Positions 13,540-27,650 of a DNA stretch of 64,000 nt are shown piece after piece. The DNA comes from Felis catus (Eukaryota): NCBI RefSeq assembly GCF_018350175.1, contig NC_058368.1, forward strand, positions 86,802,001 to 86,866,000. Direction: 5' to 3'. The notes beneath the pieces are model-generated. The model did no database searches. It saw nothing but the letters and a program-made list of their open reading frames with translations, and was not told where the DNA came from. The position numbers and the translations under genes are program-made. The number at the start of each line of letters is the position of its first letter. The stretch's first letter is position 1.

Positions 13540-15060
13540 GAGTTTTTAAAGTGAGAGCCAAAGAAGCCAAACACTGTGTACCCAAATCTCTGAAATAGTC
13601 CTGAATCATACATGCAAAGAAAGAATTAAAGAAGTCCAGTCAAGATAAGATCTGAAGGAGACTCAATCTACTGCAACATGACATGTAAGTTGTAGTTCAA
13701 GACCAGTCAAGATATTTTCAGCTAAAAATAGAAATAATACTTATTGAAAAAAGGAAATAGAATTCAGATTCTCCGCAACTTAGCATTAATATCGTTCAGG
13801 ACAAAATGCACAATTGCGTACCATATGAAGTACCCCCAAATTACACACAATGGCATGTGAAAAAAAGTTAAACTCAAAATGAACCTAATTTTGAAACAAT
13901 GAATTAAGATTGGGCATTTATCTCAATAAATAAAACAAAACATGTTTTCAATGCATGTAAAAACTTAGCACAAGTGAAATGTCTCAAAAAAGAAATGGAA
14001 ACATTAAAAAATGGAAATTATAACTGAAATTTCAAATTATGAAATTAATTTTTTCTGAACAAATATTTAAACTGAACATAAAGTGAAGGAAATTACTTAA
14101 TATAATGAACTACAGAAAAATAAGAGATAACATTTACTTCTAAATTTGTTGAACATATGGCCAGTATTTTCTTAAACACAGAAACCTGTAGGTACAAGTT
14201 GCTAAACCCAAAGCAAAACACAGGCAGACACACACACACACATACACCCATACAAATAACTCAAACAAAAATAAATAGCTGTAAAATATTAAAAGCAAAC
14301 TATAATAGCATTAAAGGTAAAAAGCAAAAAAATTTTTTTTCTATAAGTAGAGAAATGTTACAAATAAAAGATTTTTTCTGTTTAAGAATAATGATACCCC
14401 AAATAAGGTAGAAAAAATATTTTTTAAAATACTGAAGTGAAAAATGCTCAACTGAAATTAAAAAATATATATATTTATTTTTGAGAGACAGAGAGAGAAG
14501 GAGTGCAAGCAAGGCAGGGACAGAGAGAGGGAAGGACACACAATCTGAAGCAGGGTTCAGGCTCTCAGACGTCAGCACAGAACCTTACATAGGGCTCAAA
14601 CTCATGAACTGTGAGGTCATAACTTGAGCAGAAGATGGGAGGTTAACCAACTGAGCCACCCAGTTGCTCTGAAACTGAAATTTTTAATGTTAAAAAATAT
14701 GATTAAAGTTTGAAGAAAATATAAAGGTGTTGGGCAGATGGCAAAGTATACTACAAAGAGTACCATAGTAAATTGTTCAGACTGAAAGAAATGAAATATT
14801 ATATAAAGTCCGCTCCTAAGAAAAATAGTGAATAGCATAAAAAACCAATCAATAGATGAATAATTATGAGACTTGTGTTCTTATTTGGACTATTCCTTAA
14901 TTTCTTTATAACCCCTATAACTATTTTAAAACTAAAATTATAGCATTGCTTTGTGGTGTTTGTAATACATGTACAAGTATTGTACATGACAAATGTAATG
15001 AATCAAGGAGAAATACATGATTCTATATCATAGAAATGTTATTATATTTTATAAGAAGCA
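13540..15060 (+). mobile_element. Highly decayed ancient L1M-type 5'/ORF1 remnants
   Basis: A-rich; weak resemblance to old L1M 5' motifs (..gttcaggacaaaatgcacaatt..ccatatgaag). Confidence 0.4.
14455..14670 (-). mobile_element. Can-SINE
   Basis: tttatttttgagagac...gtcagcacagaacc...ctgagccaccc. Confidence 0.9.
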
Positions 15061-15079
15061 CTAAAATTGCACTAAATTC

Positions 15080-16557
15080 ATATATATCAATAATCACTCT
15101 GCATGTAAATGAACTTAAATCTAAAGACACAAGGAGTCAGAATGGATAAAAGAAGATCCATCCATAAGCTGCCTACAAGAGACTCATTTTAGACATAACG
15201 TCACCTGCAGATTGTAACTGAAAGGGTAGAGAAACATTTATCATGCAAATAGACATCCAGAGAAAGCCGGTGTAGCAATACTGATATTGGGCAAACTAGA
15301 CTTTAAAACAAAGAGTGTAACAAGAGATGAAGAAAGGCACTGTATTATAACAGAGGGGACAACACATCAAGAAGATCTAAGAATTGTAAATATTTATGCC
15401 CCCAATATGAAAGTTCCTAAATATATGAAACAATTGATAACAAACATAAACTCTTTGATAATAACACAATAACAGTAAGGGACTCTTTACACCCCACTTA
15501 CATCAATGGACAGTAATGTAATGGCAAAATAAACAAGGAAATTATAGCTTTGAATGACACTCTAGATCAGATGGACTTAACAGATACATTCAGAAATTCC
15601 ATCCTAAACCAATAGAATACACATTCTTTCAAGTGTACATGGAACATTCCCCAAAATAGATCACATACTAGGTAAAAAGACAGGCTTCTACAAGTACAAA
15701 AAAAGGTTGAACTTACACAATGCACCTTTTCTGAGCACAATGTTTGAAACTACAATTCAACTACAAAAAAATCTGGAAAGACCTAAATACATAGAGTGTA
15801 AACTACATGCTATTGAACAACTTATGGGTCAACCAGAAAAGTAAAGAAGAAATTTAAACAAAAAATCTTAGAAACAAATGAAAATGAAAACACAAAGGTC
15901 CAAACCTTTGGGATGAAGCAAAGCAAAAGCGGTCCTAATAGGGAAGTATATAGTGATAGAGGCCTAACTTAGGAGGCAAGAAAAATTGCAAATAAGCATC
16001 CTAACCATACACCTAAAGAAGCTAGAAAAATAACAATAAACAAGGGCTTACAACAGCTTAAGGAAGGAAATAATAAAGAATAAAGCAGAAATAGATGATA
16101 TAGAAACAAACAAAAAAAGAATTCAAGCCAGACTTATCAAGAAGAAACAAGAAATGATACAAATAAATAAAATCACAAAAGAGAGTAGAGAAATAACAAC
16201 CAACACCACAGAAAAACAAACAATTGCAAGAGAATATTATGAAAAACTATATGCCCCAAATTGGACAACCTGGAAGAAATGGATAAATTCCAGAAACGTA
16301 TGAGCTACAAAAACTGAAATAAAAAATAGAAAACCTGAACAGACTAATAACCAGCAGTAATTGAATCACTGATCAAAAACTCTCAACAAACAAGAGTCCA
16401 GGACCAGTTGGTTTCATAGGTGAATTCTACCAAACATTTAAGGAATACTTAATACCCATACTCCTCAAACTTTTTCAAAATAAAAATGGATGAAAAACTT
16501 CCAAATTCATCCATAGGGCTAGTATTACCCTGGTTCCAAAACCAAAGATTCCACTAA

Positions 16558-16597
<40 letters not shown>

Positions 16598-18870
16598 GCA
16601 GCTCAGGCCAATATTCCTGATAAATATAGATACAAAAATTCTCAATAGAATACTAGCAAACTGTATCCACAATACCTTGAAAAAAGCATTCACCATGTTC
16701 AAGTGGGTTTTATTTCTAGTTTGCAAGGGTGGTTCAATATTTACAAATCAAAGGGACATACCATATTAATAAAATAAACGATATGAACCATATGATCATT
16801 TTAACAGATGCAGAAAAAACATTTGTCATATTACAATATTCATTCATGATAAAAACCGTCAAGAAGGTACGCTTAGAGGAAATATGCTACAACATAACAA
16901 AAGCCATCTATTAAATACCCACAGGTAATATCATCTTCAATGGGGAAAAACTAAGAACTTTCTTTCTCAGGTTGGGAATAAGATAAGGATGTCCACTGTC
17001 ATTGAAACAGCAGAAAGACTAATGAAGGTACCGATCCCATTTACAATTCTGCCAAAAACAATAAGATACCTAGGAATAAACCTAGTCAAAGACTAGAAAG
17101 ACCTGTACTCTGAAAACTATCAAGCACTAATGAAAGAAATTGAAGATGACACAAAGAAATGGAAAAGTATTTCATGCTTATGGATTGGAAGAATGAATAT
17201 TCTTATGTTGTCTATATTACTCAAAGCAACCTGCACATTTAATGCAATCTTGGTCAAAATACCACCAGTATATTTCACAGGGCAAGAACAAACAATCCTA
17301 AAATTTGTATGTAACCACAAAAGACCCTGAATACAGAAAGAAATCTTGAAAAAGAAAAGCAAAACTGTAGGCATCACAATTCCAGACTTCAGGTTATATT
17401 ACAAAACTTTAGTGATTAAGAAAGTATGATGCTGGCACAAAAAATAACACATAGACCAATAGAACACAATAAAATCTCCAGAAATGAGCTAACATCTACA
17501 TTGCCAATTAGTATTTGAAAAAAACAAGAGAGACTATCCAATGGCAAAAAGATAGTTTCTTCAAACACTAGTGCTGAGATAACTGGACAGCTGCATGCAA
17601 AACAATAAAACTAGACCAATTTCATGAACCATACAGAAAAATAAATTTAAAATCTATTAAATACCTAACTGTGAGACCTGAAAGCATCAATATCACAGAA
17701 GACAACACAGTAACCTCTTTGACATCGGCCATAGCATTAACTTACTAGATATGTCCTTTGAGGCAAGGGAAATAAAGGACAATAAACTATTGGGACTTCA
17801 TTTAAAAAATACAAGAAAACAAAAAAACAAACAAAACAAACAGCAACAACAAAAAACCTTCCACACAGCAAAGGGAATAATTAACAAAACTAAAGGCAAC
17901 CTATGGATTTGAAGAATATATTTACAAATTACATATCTGATAAAGCGTTTATAACCAAAAAATATAAATAACATAAAATTCAACATCCTGAAGGTGAATA
18001 ATATAATTAAAAATGGGAAGAAGATATGTTAGGTTTGTTTTTCAAAATAAGACATGCAGATAGCCAACAAACACATGTAAAAATGTTTACCATCTCTGAT
18101 CATCAGGGAAATAATAATCAAAACCACAATTTCCTCACACCTGTCAGAATGGCTAAAATCAACAACACAAGAAACAACAGGTGTGCATGAAGATTCAGAG
18201 AAAGGGGAACACTCTTGCACTGTTGGTGGAAATGCTGGAGTATCCACTGTGAAAAATATTATGGAGTTCTCTCAAAAACTTAAATACAGAACTACCCTAT
18301 GATCCAGCAATTACACTACTAGGTTTTTACCCATGGAATAGGAAAATACTAATTCAAAGTGATACATGCATGTCACTCTTTATTTATAGTAGCACGACCT
18401 ACAATAGACAAATTTTGGAAACAGACCAAGGGTCCAGTGACTGATAAATGCATAAAGAGGATGTAATATTTTTATACAATGGAATAATATTCAGCTATAA
18501 AAAAGAATGAAATCTTGCTATTTGCAATGACATGATGGAGCTAGAGAGTGACGTGTTAAGCAAATAAGTCAGTCAGAGAAAGACAAATATCATATGATTT
18601 TACTCATACGTGGACTTCAAGAAAAAAATAGAGAACCGAAGGTGGAAATAAAAAGAGAGGGAGGCAAACCAAGTAACAGACTCTTGAATATCAAGAACAA
18701 CCTGATGGTAAACAGAGGGAAGGTGGTTACTGGGATGGGCATCAGGGGAGTGCACTTCTTGTGATGTGCGCTGGGTGTTGTATGGAAGTGTTGAATCAGT
18801 ATATTGTACACGTGAAACTTGTTATGCTCCATGTTAACCAACTGAAATTTAAATAAAAACTTTAGAAAAG
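15080..18870 (+). mobile_element. 5'-truncated LINE-1 (ORF2 to 3' end), decayed, RT core deleted near 17005
   Basis: EN motifs (CLQETH-like, IVNIYAPN), MKEIEDDTKKWK, 3'UTR; (AAT)n at ~16558-16597. Confidence 0.9.
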
Positions 18871-19699
18871 TGCTAACAAATCCAACAAATATTTTTTAAT
18901 AAAAAAAATTGTTTTCAAATGATTCTTAAAATTTACCAGGAAAGAAGAAATAAAAAGCAAGGAGTTGGAAACAAAAATTTATTCCTTTACACAGTGGTTT
19001 GGTGTTTTGTTTGTTTTCTGTTTTTGTTTTTGTTTTAATATATAGTCTCATATTTGCCTGATGTACAACTATTCGATATTTGGTGCAGTTTTGTGGGGTA
19101 TGTAACATAGGAATTTTTCTATATGGCTAAAAATTTCCTATTATTTTTATTTCTTTTGCTGTATTCAAAACAATTAGATGTGTAGAAGTTAAAATTATAT
19201 ACCAGTTGAATTTGAGCTATGGTTCTAGACTATTAATAAGTAAAGAATGTAGCAGCTAGTATACAGAAGCCATCACTGACTCAGTTATATGACACTCTGA
19301 AGATGTACTTCCCATATTCGGTAGTACATTTTCACAAAGCTTTTTATTTGCAGCATTATTCGTAATTGTGAAAATTTGGAAAGTACAAAAACATAGGATT
19401 TTTGTTAAATAAACTATGTCATATATATGCAATGGATTATTTCTTTGGCTATAAAAAATAATGGCAGTAATCTATGAGCTGATATGTAGTGATCCCAATC
19501 ATACATTAAGTAAAATATTTAACGTAAAAGACATTACATATGAAAACCTACAAGACTCTTCTTTTTTGCAAAAGGAAACACAGCAAAGGTTGAATTCATT
19601 AAGCCTTGAGACTGGTTCCTGCAAGACGCTGAATGATGGAGTAGTAAAGATAGGAAGGGAGTGGCATTTCAGGGAGTATAATTTTGTTGTTTGTCATCG

Positions 19700-20660
19700 T
19701 GTATATTTTACTTCAGTGAACTTTTCCCAGGAACAGCTCTTGCTTTCCTGATGCTCATTTTGTATCCTGAGAACTGGGCTTGGCTTTCTGCCTGACAAGG
19801 CTTGCAGGTACTGGATCTTATGTGTTCAGGAAGCCCTTTGTTAGGTTGGGGGCACCAAAATATGGTGAGGGATATGTTTACATCCCTGCTGCAGCTAACA
19901 TCCTACTGTCCATGGCCAGCTCTGGGAAGATTCTCTAAGTCTTTCTTCTCGCTATCTTTGGGAATGGTTCAGGACCTTGTAGAGGGTGCATGTGTCACAC
20001 TGTCTTTGAGACACCTATTGAGTCTATCATCAAGTCATAAAAGACAAATTAGCTTTGGTCTTGGGTCCCTTGATAGGTGTAACTTTGGTTTAAAATAAAA
20101 AGGAAAAAAATATTAAAAAAACAGCTTAATACTTTCACAAATTTTTACTGTTTATCTTGGTTGAAAGCTAGAAATAATATATTTGAAAGGATGTTTTTTA
20201 TTGTGAGAATTTTGTGGCCAGAAGCTGATACTGGAAAGTAATTGGAAGATGCTATTCAGACCCTGATAGGAGCTATTTTTTGAGGCTACTCTGCTCTTCC
20301 AGTTTGGTCCTATTCTACCCGTGGTCACTTCTCTAATGACCTAAACCCCTATTTGAATCCCTGATGACTATATGCCCTGTCAGCTCTGACACCATCTTGT
20401 TGAAATGGTGCTGCTGAGGATGACTTAGAGTTCCATATGCTTCTTTTGTAAACTGAGTCTGAAAAGAAGCAATCAAATCAATGAAGATATGAAAAAGATC
20501 TCCCCAAACTGGCTCACTTAGGATTTCTTCCTTCCTATGGTTTTCCCTTCTTTTTTCTCTTTTGCCACCTTAGAGCTTCCATTTAGTTTCCTTGAATCTT
20601 TTGTCATATTCCCCATTGGACCCCTAGTTTATCCATCCTTTTCTCCACCCCACCAATCCT
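19700..20660 (+). mobile_element. ERV1-type (MER34-int-like) internal fragment, no LTR seen
   Basis: Colinear with 35280-36180 (shared ttggttgaaagcta, gagaattttgtggccag, ccagtttggtcct, ttagag.ttccatt). Confidence 0.65.
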
Positions 20661-20669
20661 CACTGACAC

Positions 20670-23000
20670 TTTCTTGTGCCTTGTGTTTCTTGTGTCTTTG
20701 ATTTTAGCCATTCTGACTGTTGTGAATGATACCTTGTTGTAGTTTTGATTTCCATTTCTCTGGTGATGCACATAAGGTTGAGCATATCTTCATGTGTCTG
20801 TTGGCCATCTGTATGTCTTCCTTGGAAAAATGTCTGTTCATATTTCTGCTTATTTTTAATTGAGTTACCTGTTTATTCAGTGTTCAGTTATATCCTTTCT
20901 TATATAGTTTGCACACTAGTCCTTAATAAGCTATGTCATTTGCAAATATCTTCTCTCATTCAGTAGGCTTTTACTTTTGTTGAATGTTTCCTTCCCTTTG
21001 TAGAAGCATTTTATTTGTATATAGTCCAATAGTTTATTTTTACTTTTTTTCCCCTTGCCTCAGGAGATATATGTAGAAAAAATATTGCTACAGTAATGTC
21101 AGAGATATTACTTCCAGTATCCTCTTCTATTTTTTTTTCTTTCATGGTTTCAGTTAACATAGTTAGGTCTTAACCTATTGGAACTTTTTTTTGTGAATGG
21201 CATGAAAAAGTGGTCCAGTGTCACTACTTTGCATATAACTGTCCAGTTTTCTGAAAACCATATGTTGAAGAGATTGTCTTTTGCCCATTGTGTGTTCTAC
21301 CCTCTTTTACCTAAGACTAATGGACCATATAATTGTGGTTTTATTTCTGAGTTTTCTATTCTGTTCCATGTATTTATGTGTTTGCTTTTTGTGCCAGTAC
21401 CATCCTGTTTTGATCACTACAACTTTGCAATAGAACTTAAAGTCTGGAATTCTTATACCCCCAGCTTTGCTTTTTTATTTTTTTAAGATTTAAAATTGCT
21501 TTGGTTATTGAAGGCTTTTTTTTCTTTTTTCTTTCTTTTTTTTTTTCCTTTTTTTTTTGTTCCATAAAAATTTTAGGATTGTTCTAGTTCTGGAAATACT
21601 TCTCTTGGTATTTTGATAAGGATTTCATTAGATCTGCAGATTGCTTTGTGTAGTAAGTCAATTTCATGATTTTTTGTTTTCCACCAATGAGCATGCAATG
21701 TCTTTCCATTTCTTTGTGTTGTCTGTTACTTCATCAGTGTTTTATAGTTTTCAGAGTACAGGCCTTTCACATCTTTGGTTCAGTTTATTCCTAGATATTT
21801 TATTCCTTTTGGTGCAATTGTAAAAAATTAACAATTGGAATTTCACCAAAGTAAAAAGCTTCTGCACAGTGAAAGAAACAATCGACAAAACTAAAAGGCA
21901 ATGTATGAAAAGGGAGAATATATTTGCAAATTAGACATCTGATAAAAGGTTAGTATCCAAAGTATATAAAGAACTTATAGAGTTTAACACAAAAAAATAA
22001 ATAATACAATTTAAAAAATAAGATTGTTTTCTTAACTTCACTTTCTACACTTTCACTATTAGTATATAAAAAGGCAACACATTTCTGTACATTGATTTTG
22101 TATCCTGTGACTAAATTGAATTTATTTATCTGTTCTAGTAGAGGGTTTTGTTTTGTTTTGTTTTTTGTTTTTGTTTTTGTTTTTGTTTTTTTGGTGGAGT
22201 CTTTAGGATTTTCTCTATATAGTATCATGTAATCTGCAAATAGTGAAAATGTTAATTCTTCCTTATGAATTCATAAGCCTTTCATTTCTTCATTTTTGTG
22301 TTTGTTTTTGTTTTTGTTTTTGGTGATTTCTGTGGCTATGACTTCCAGTACTATGTTCAACAAAAATGTTGAGAGTGCACATCTTTGTCTTATTCCTGAC
22401 CTTAGAGGAAAAACTTCCAGTTGCTCTTTATTTAGTATGATATCACTGTGGGTTTTTTATATAAGGTCTTTAATTTGTTGAGACATGTTCCCTTTAAACT
22501 TACTATGTTGGGGGTTTTATCATAAATGTAATAACTTTGGCAAATGCTTTTTCTTCATCTATTGAAATGATTATATGCTTTATATCTTTTATTTATGTGA
22601 TGTATTATGTTGAGTGGTTGCAAATATTGAACCACACTAGCATCCTGGGAATAAATCCTACATAATCATGGTGAAGATTTTCTTCTTAAATGTGTTGTTG
22701 CATTTGATTTGCTAGTGTTTTGTTGAGGATTTTGCATTTATGTTCATCAGAGTTATTGCCCCGTGGTCTTCTTTTTTGTGTGTGGTGTCTTAATTGAGTT
22801 TTTGTTAGATGCCTTTATCTAGCTTTATTATTAAAGTAATGTTGGTCTCATAGAATGAACTTGAAAGTTTTCCTTCCTTTTCTATGTTTTAGGATAGTTT
22901 TGGAAGAATATTTATTAACTATTTTTTAAATGTTTGCTGAAATCCCCCTGTGAAGTCATCTAGTCCTGGACTTTTGTTTGTTGGGAGTTATTTTATAATG
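20670..23000 (-). mobile_element. LINE-1 ORF2 fragment carrying an opposite-strand L1 insert at ~21823-22020
   Basis: Antisense ORF2 C-terminal/RT sequence (ORF 21950-22228: [20 protein letters not shown]). Confidence 0.85.
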
Positions 23001-23189
23001 AGGAAAATATCTCATTCCAAAAAATATGATTTCATCAAAAGGAACAAAGATGTGAGAGAATCATATTCTTCAATGTATGAGTAATTTTATAAAATCCATC
23101 ATCAAACATATATTAGTCAAATTACTGAAGCTTGTGAAAAAATCAAGTATTTTATTAAACTGCAAAGCTTAGCTAAATAATTTTATTTA

Positions 23190-23562
23190 TTTTTTTGAAA
23201 TATTTTACTTTTAAGTAGTGTCTACACCCAACTTGGGCCTTGAACCTACAACCCAGAGTTCAAGAGTCACATGCTCTACCAAGTGAGTCAGAATTGCATG
23301 TTCTACTGATGGAACCAGCCAAGTGCCCCAAAATTATTTTTAAATTTTTAAGTTTATTTATTTATGTTAAGAGAGCGAGTGAGAGAGAGTAAGCATAGGA
23401 GAGGCAGAGAGAGGGAGAGAAAAAAAAAGAGAGAAAACCCCAAGAAGGCTCTGCGATGTCAGTATGGAAACTGATGCAGGGTTCAAACTCACAAACTATG
23501 AGATCATGACCTGAGCCAAAATCAAGCTGGACGCTTGACTTACTGAGCCACCCAGGTGCCCC
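23190..23562 (-). mobile_element. Two adjacent Can-SINEs (short form ~23190-23330, full form ~23335-23562)
   Basis: ...ccaagtgcccc and ...ctgagccacccaggtgcccc heads with T-rich tails. Confidence 0.85.
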
Positions 23563-23938
23563 AATCATTTTAAATTAAAATCAAATTTCCATAAGATACC
23601 GAAAAGTAAAAGGTATAGCTGGAATAAATAAAATATAGATGCAAAATCTAAGATTAACATACAAAATAAATAAAATATAATGGAACATGATAATTTCAGA
23701 AGAATAAAAATCTCATAAAATCTCATGTATATGGAGCTCAGTACAGAAGTTCAAATCATCATATATAATTAAAACAGAAAGTGAAGGAGTATAAGAGAAA
23801 TTAATTTATATTAAAACTGACAATCCAAGATAATTACCAACAAGTCGCCATGATATATTCATCTGTGATTCAAATAATTCCAAAAGCTAGTTAATTTTGG
23901 CACAAAATAAATAATCCTACTCATCACTTCAGCTTTAG

Positions 23939-24415
23939 TTACCTTTCCATTATTCTACTCCTTTCAGCCTTTCATAGGACTTTACCAAGAGGTGATGTAA
24001 TACCTTTGATCCTCAGACAGTAGGTAACAGGCCTCAAGGTTAGGGGCCTTGTTCTATCACAAAAAAGAACACAGACACAAACAAGTCCAGAAGAGCATGC
24101 TGACCAGAGGCTGGCTTTAAATAAGCAAATAGAGCTTGTTAGAAGGAATGCACTCACCACAATGAGATGAGGCAAGCAGGTGAAAAGGTTTTGGACTGCT
24201 TCTGTCTGGTTGGAATCTTTAACACAGTGTAAAAAATATATGCATAAGAGACCACAATGCACACTAAACATGAAAATGCATAACAGACATCAATGGCCAC
24301 ACTGAAATTAATAGTTGCATGTTCCTCAGAACAAGTCAGATTTAGTAAGGCAGGCACATCACTGAAGAACTGATATATGATAGTGGACCCACAGAAATGT
24401 AAAGGGAATGTCCCA
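23939..24415 (-). pseudogene. OR14K1: Olfactory receptor family 14 pseudogene, 3' half only (OR14K1-like)
   Basis: Across frames: GTFPLHFCGS..QFFSDVPALLNLTCSEEHA..VCYAFSCLVCIVVSY..QSKTFS / TCLPHLIVV / AYLKP..LLDLFVSVF / PVTYCLR..GKVL*. Matches recalled OR14K1; at least 3 frameshifts, a premature TGA at 23972, and TM1-TM4 absent. Confidence 0.85.
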
Positions 24416-25061
24416 TTAGTTGATTTGTGCTTTTGTTTTGTTTCTCTTGACTCCAGAGACATATCTACAAAGAAGTTGCTATGGTTGATGTCAAAGAGGC
24501 TACTGTCTGTCTTCTCCTCTAGGATTTTGATGACTTCAGGCCCACATTTAGGTCTTTAATTCATTTTGAATTTATTTTTGTATTTGGTGTATGATAATGT
24601 TCTGGTTTCATTCTGTTGCATGTCGCTGTCCAGTTTTCCCAACACCATTTATTTAAAAAACTGCCTTTTTCCCACTGGACATTCTTCCCTGTCTTGTTGA
24701 AGATTAATCTACCATATACTTGCTTGTAATATAACTTGAAGTTAAGAATTGTGGTGCCTCCAGTTTTGGTTATCTTTTTCAAGATTGTTTTGGCTACCTG
24801 GGATATTTTGTGGTTACATACAAAATTTAGGATTGTTTGCTCTAGTTTTGTGAAAAAAATGCTGTTGCTCTTTTGAAAGAGATTGCATTAACTATATGGA
24901 TTGTGTTGGGTAAAGAGGACATTTTAACAATATTTGTTATTTCAGTCCATGAGCATAGACTGATTTTTACATTTCTTTTTGTCATCTTGAGTTTCTTTCA
25001 TCAGTGTTTTATAGTTTTCAGAGTACAGGTCTTTCACCTCTTTGGTTAAGTTTATTTAATA

Positions 25062-25111
<50 letters not shown>

Positions 25112-25173
25112 TTTAATTTTATTTTTAGAGAGAAAGAAAGAGATAATGAGCAGGGGAGAGAACACACACACAT

Positions 25174-25207
<34 letters not shown>

Positions 25208-25386
25208 GCACACACACACAGAAAGAGAGAGAGACAACAGACAGAGAAGGAGAGAGAGAGAATATTAAACAGGCTCCATGCTCAGTGCAGATTCTGACAC
25301 AGGGCTCAATGTCATGACCCAGGAATCATGATGTGAGCCACAATCAAGAGTCAGACGCTTATCCATCTGAGCCACCCAGGTGCCCC
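25112..25386 (-). mobile_element. Can-SINE with (CA)n expansion, preceded by (TA)n
   Basis: ...atctgagccacccaggtgcccc; (TA)n 25063-25102. Confidence 0.9.
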
Positions 25387-27446
25387 TATTCATAGGTATC
25401 TTATTGTTTATGGTGAAATTACAAATGGGATTGATTCTTTATCTTTCTGTCACTTCATTACTGCTATACAGAAAGGCAACATATTTCTCTACACTGATTT
25501 TGTATACTGTGATTTACTGAATTACTTTATCTAGCAGGTCTTTGGTGGAGTCTCTTCAGTTTCATTTCATCTGCAAGAAAAGAAAGTTCTCCCTTACAAA
25601 TTTGGATGCTATTTATTACTTTTTGTTGTCTCCCAGCTGTGGCTAGTACTTCAAGTACTATTTTATATAACAGTGGTCAGATGGACATCAGTTCCTGACT
25701 GGAGGGGAAAAGCTCTCGGTTTATCCCCATTAAGGATGATGTTAACAGTAGCTTTTTTTTACAGATGGCCTTTATTACGTTCAGGTATAGTCCTTTTAAA
25801 ACTACCTTGTTGAAATTTTTATAATGAATTAATGTTGTACTTTGTCAAATGATTTTTCTGCCTCTATTGAAATAATGACATGGTTCTCATCCTTTCTTTT
25901 ACTTTTGGAGAGTATCACATTGATTTATTTGTGAATTCCTTGCAGCCTAAGGGTAAATCCCACTTGATCATGGTGAATTATTCTTCAATGGGGCATTGGA
26001 TTTGGTTTGCTAGTGTATTGTTGAGAATTTTTGCATCCATGTTCATCATGAGTCTTTATCTGGTTTTGGTTTCAGGGTAACGCTGACCACATAGAATGCC
26101 TTTTGAACTTTTCCTTCCTCTTCTACTTTTTTGAAATAGTTTGAGAAGTATCAGTATTCACTCTTATTTAACTGTTTGGTATAATTCACGTATGAAACCA
26201 TCTGACCCTGGACTTTTGTTTCTTGGGAGTTTCATGATTACTTGTTCATGATTGCTGGATATCAGTCTGTCCATGCTTTCTGTTTTCTTTTTCTTCTTCT
26301 TCTGTTTTTTTGTTTCAGTCTTGTTAGTTTCCATGCACCTCAGAATTTGTTACCTTCTTCCAGGTGGCCCCACTTGTCGGCATGTAATTTTTCATAGTAT
26401 TCTCTTATAATTGTTATTTCTGCCGTGTTCGTGGTTACTTTCCTGTCTCACTTCTGAATATATTTATTTGGGTCCTTTCTCTTTCTTTTTTGATAAGTCT
26501 ATCTAGAGGTTCATAAATTTTATTAATTTTGTAATAATCATGTCCTGGTTTCATTGATGTGTTCCATTATTATTATTATTATTATTACTATTACTATCAT
26601 TTAGTTTCTATATAATTTAGTTCTGCTCTAACCCTTATTATTTCCTTCATTCTGATGGCTTTTATCTTTGTATGTTTTTCTTTATGTAGCTCCTTTGGTC
26701 TTAAGGTTAGGTTGCTTATGTGAGATTTTTCTTGTTTCTTGAGGCAGGCCTGCATTACTATCTACCTCCCTCTTAGGACCACTTTTGCTGCATGCCAAAC
26801 ATTTTGAACTGGTTTGTGTTCATTTTATTTTCATTTTCATTTATTTCCATCTACTTTTATTTGTTTTCCATGTAGTTTGATTTCCTGACTGACTCTTTTA
26901 TTTCTTAGTAGCATCTTGTTTAACTTCTATGAATTAGTGGTCTTTCTATTTTTTTTTTTTTTTTATTGTGGGTCACTTCAAGTTTCATAGTATTTTGTTT
27001 AGAAAAGGTGCATGGTCTGATTTCAATATTTTGAATTTGTTTAGGCTTGATTTGTCACCTAATATCTGTTCTATTTTGGAGGATGTCCCATGTGCACTTG
27101 AAAATAATGTGTATTCTGCTGTTTTAGAATGGAATGTTCTAAATATATCTGTTAGGTCCATCTGTTCCAGTGTGTCATTCAAAGCCATTGTGTACTTTCT
27201 GATTTTCTGTTCATAAGATTTGTGTATTGATGTTAAGTGTGGTGTTAAAGCCTCCTACCATGATATTGTTATTAAGTAGTACCTTTATGATTGTTATTAA
27301 ACATTTTATATATTTGGGTGTTCCCATGTTGCTGTTTACTTAATTATTTACAATGTTAGATCTTCTGGTTGGATTGTCTCCTATATGTATGGTATAGTGT
27401 CCTTCTGAATCTCATTACAGACTTTCTTTTAAAGTAAAGTTTCTCC

Positions 27447-27650
27447 AGGTGCACCTGCATGGCTCAGTAAGTTAAGTGTCTGACTTTTAATTTCAGCTAA
27501 GGTTGTGATCTCACTGTGAGATCGAGCCTTACATTGAGCTCTGCACTGACAACATGGAGCCGGCTTGGGATTTTTGTTCTTGCTCTTTCTTTGCCTCTCC
27601 TTCACTCTCTCTATCTTTCAAAATAAATTAATAAGAATTTAAAAATATTA
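27447..27650 (+). mobile_element. Can-SINE
   Basis: ggtgcacctgcatggctcagtaagttaag...tcaaaataaat. Confidence 0.85.
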
